From assembly GCA_030141605.1 (NCBI GenBank), contig JAQGDQ010001132.1, positions 1-60,254 of the forward strand: DNA of 60,254 bases, given 5' to 3'. A program made the position numbers and the translations under genes. The notes below the pieces were generated by a model. It did not search any database and was not told the origin of the DNA. It saw only the letters and a program-made list of their open reading frames with translations. The number at the start of each line of letters is the position of its first letter. Position 1 is the stretch's first letter. This document shows, piece by piece, positions 59,806 through 60,254 of this stretch. The DNA comes from Tubiluchus corallicola (Eukaryota > Animalia > Priapulida).

Positions 59806-60254
59806 CACAATATCAATATTCTAATCCGAGAGTTAAACATAATCCCTATCTTTTGGGTTACTAATATTTAGAAAAATATATAATATATAATTATAACCCA
59901 GTTTCCAGATTTTAGAATGTTTTACAGCATGCCAGTTTCAACAAAACCTTAATTCTACAATAACAATATTCTAAACCAAGAGTTACATATATGCTTATCC
60001 CTAATGTAACTTATATTATCAAAATATATAACTACATAATAACTTACTCACTAAATTTCAAAATTTCCAATAGCATCAGATCTGATTTCTACACACCCTG
60101 TATAAAGACGTATTTCCACGTTTCTTCCACTTTTGAAATTACAATTCCATTATTTTTGACGCTTGGGTTTACATTTTTGTTCACTTCGTTGGAATATTGA
60201 ACCGCATTATTATGGCCAAATTAAATTTGTGCATAGACAAACATTTCCGGTTCT

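Larger units (their letters stand above)
44365..60254. repeat. Tandem segmental duplication, ~7-8 kb unit (A ~44365-52385, B ~52385-59685, C from ~59685 to window end)
   Basis: 44505-50270 is collinear with 52985-57240 apart from indels; 44367-44490, 52388-52515 and 59687-59815 are homologous; 59660-60254 matches 52360-52990. Confidence 0.92.

Overview
AT-rich, repeat-dense eukaryotic DNA, most likely an invertebrate metazoan (organism not determinable from sequence). Four spliced protein-coding genes were reconstructed by hand with GT-AG introns and consistent phases. (1) An 8-exon secreted CAP/SCP (CRISP/PR-1-like) gene (3283-24380, +, ~516 aa) with a ~53x ATTP mucin-like stalk and a very basic C-terminal tail. 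(2) A 6-exon cytosolic sulfotransferase (26598-37638, +, ~315 aa). (3,4) Two tandem GPI-signal immunoglobulin-superfamily genes (46100-52326 and 54145-59160, -) in a ~7-8 kb repeat unit that appears to continue beyond the window. Their N-terminal Ig exons are highly divergent while the rest is near-identical, and they share an upstream NF-kB-like / IRF-ISRE-like / AP-1-like motif cluster. Introns hold a BEL/Pao and a Mag-like Gypsy LTR retrotransposon (both lacking the 5' LTR), several LINE fragments (two with unusually long flanking duplications), TTAA-specific MITEs, tRNA- and 5S-derived SINE-like elements and many mini/microsatellites, several sitting right on splice acceptors. The best candidates for new biology are the variable-head/constant-body IgSF array with an immune-type promoter, and the CAP-mucin protein whose tail resembles an amidated cationic-peptide precursor. 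All identities and copy numbers are by-eye estimates.
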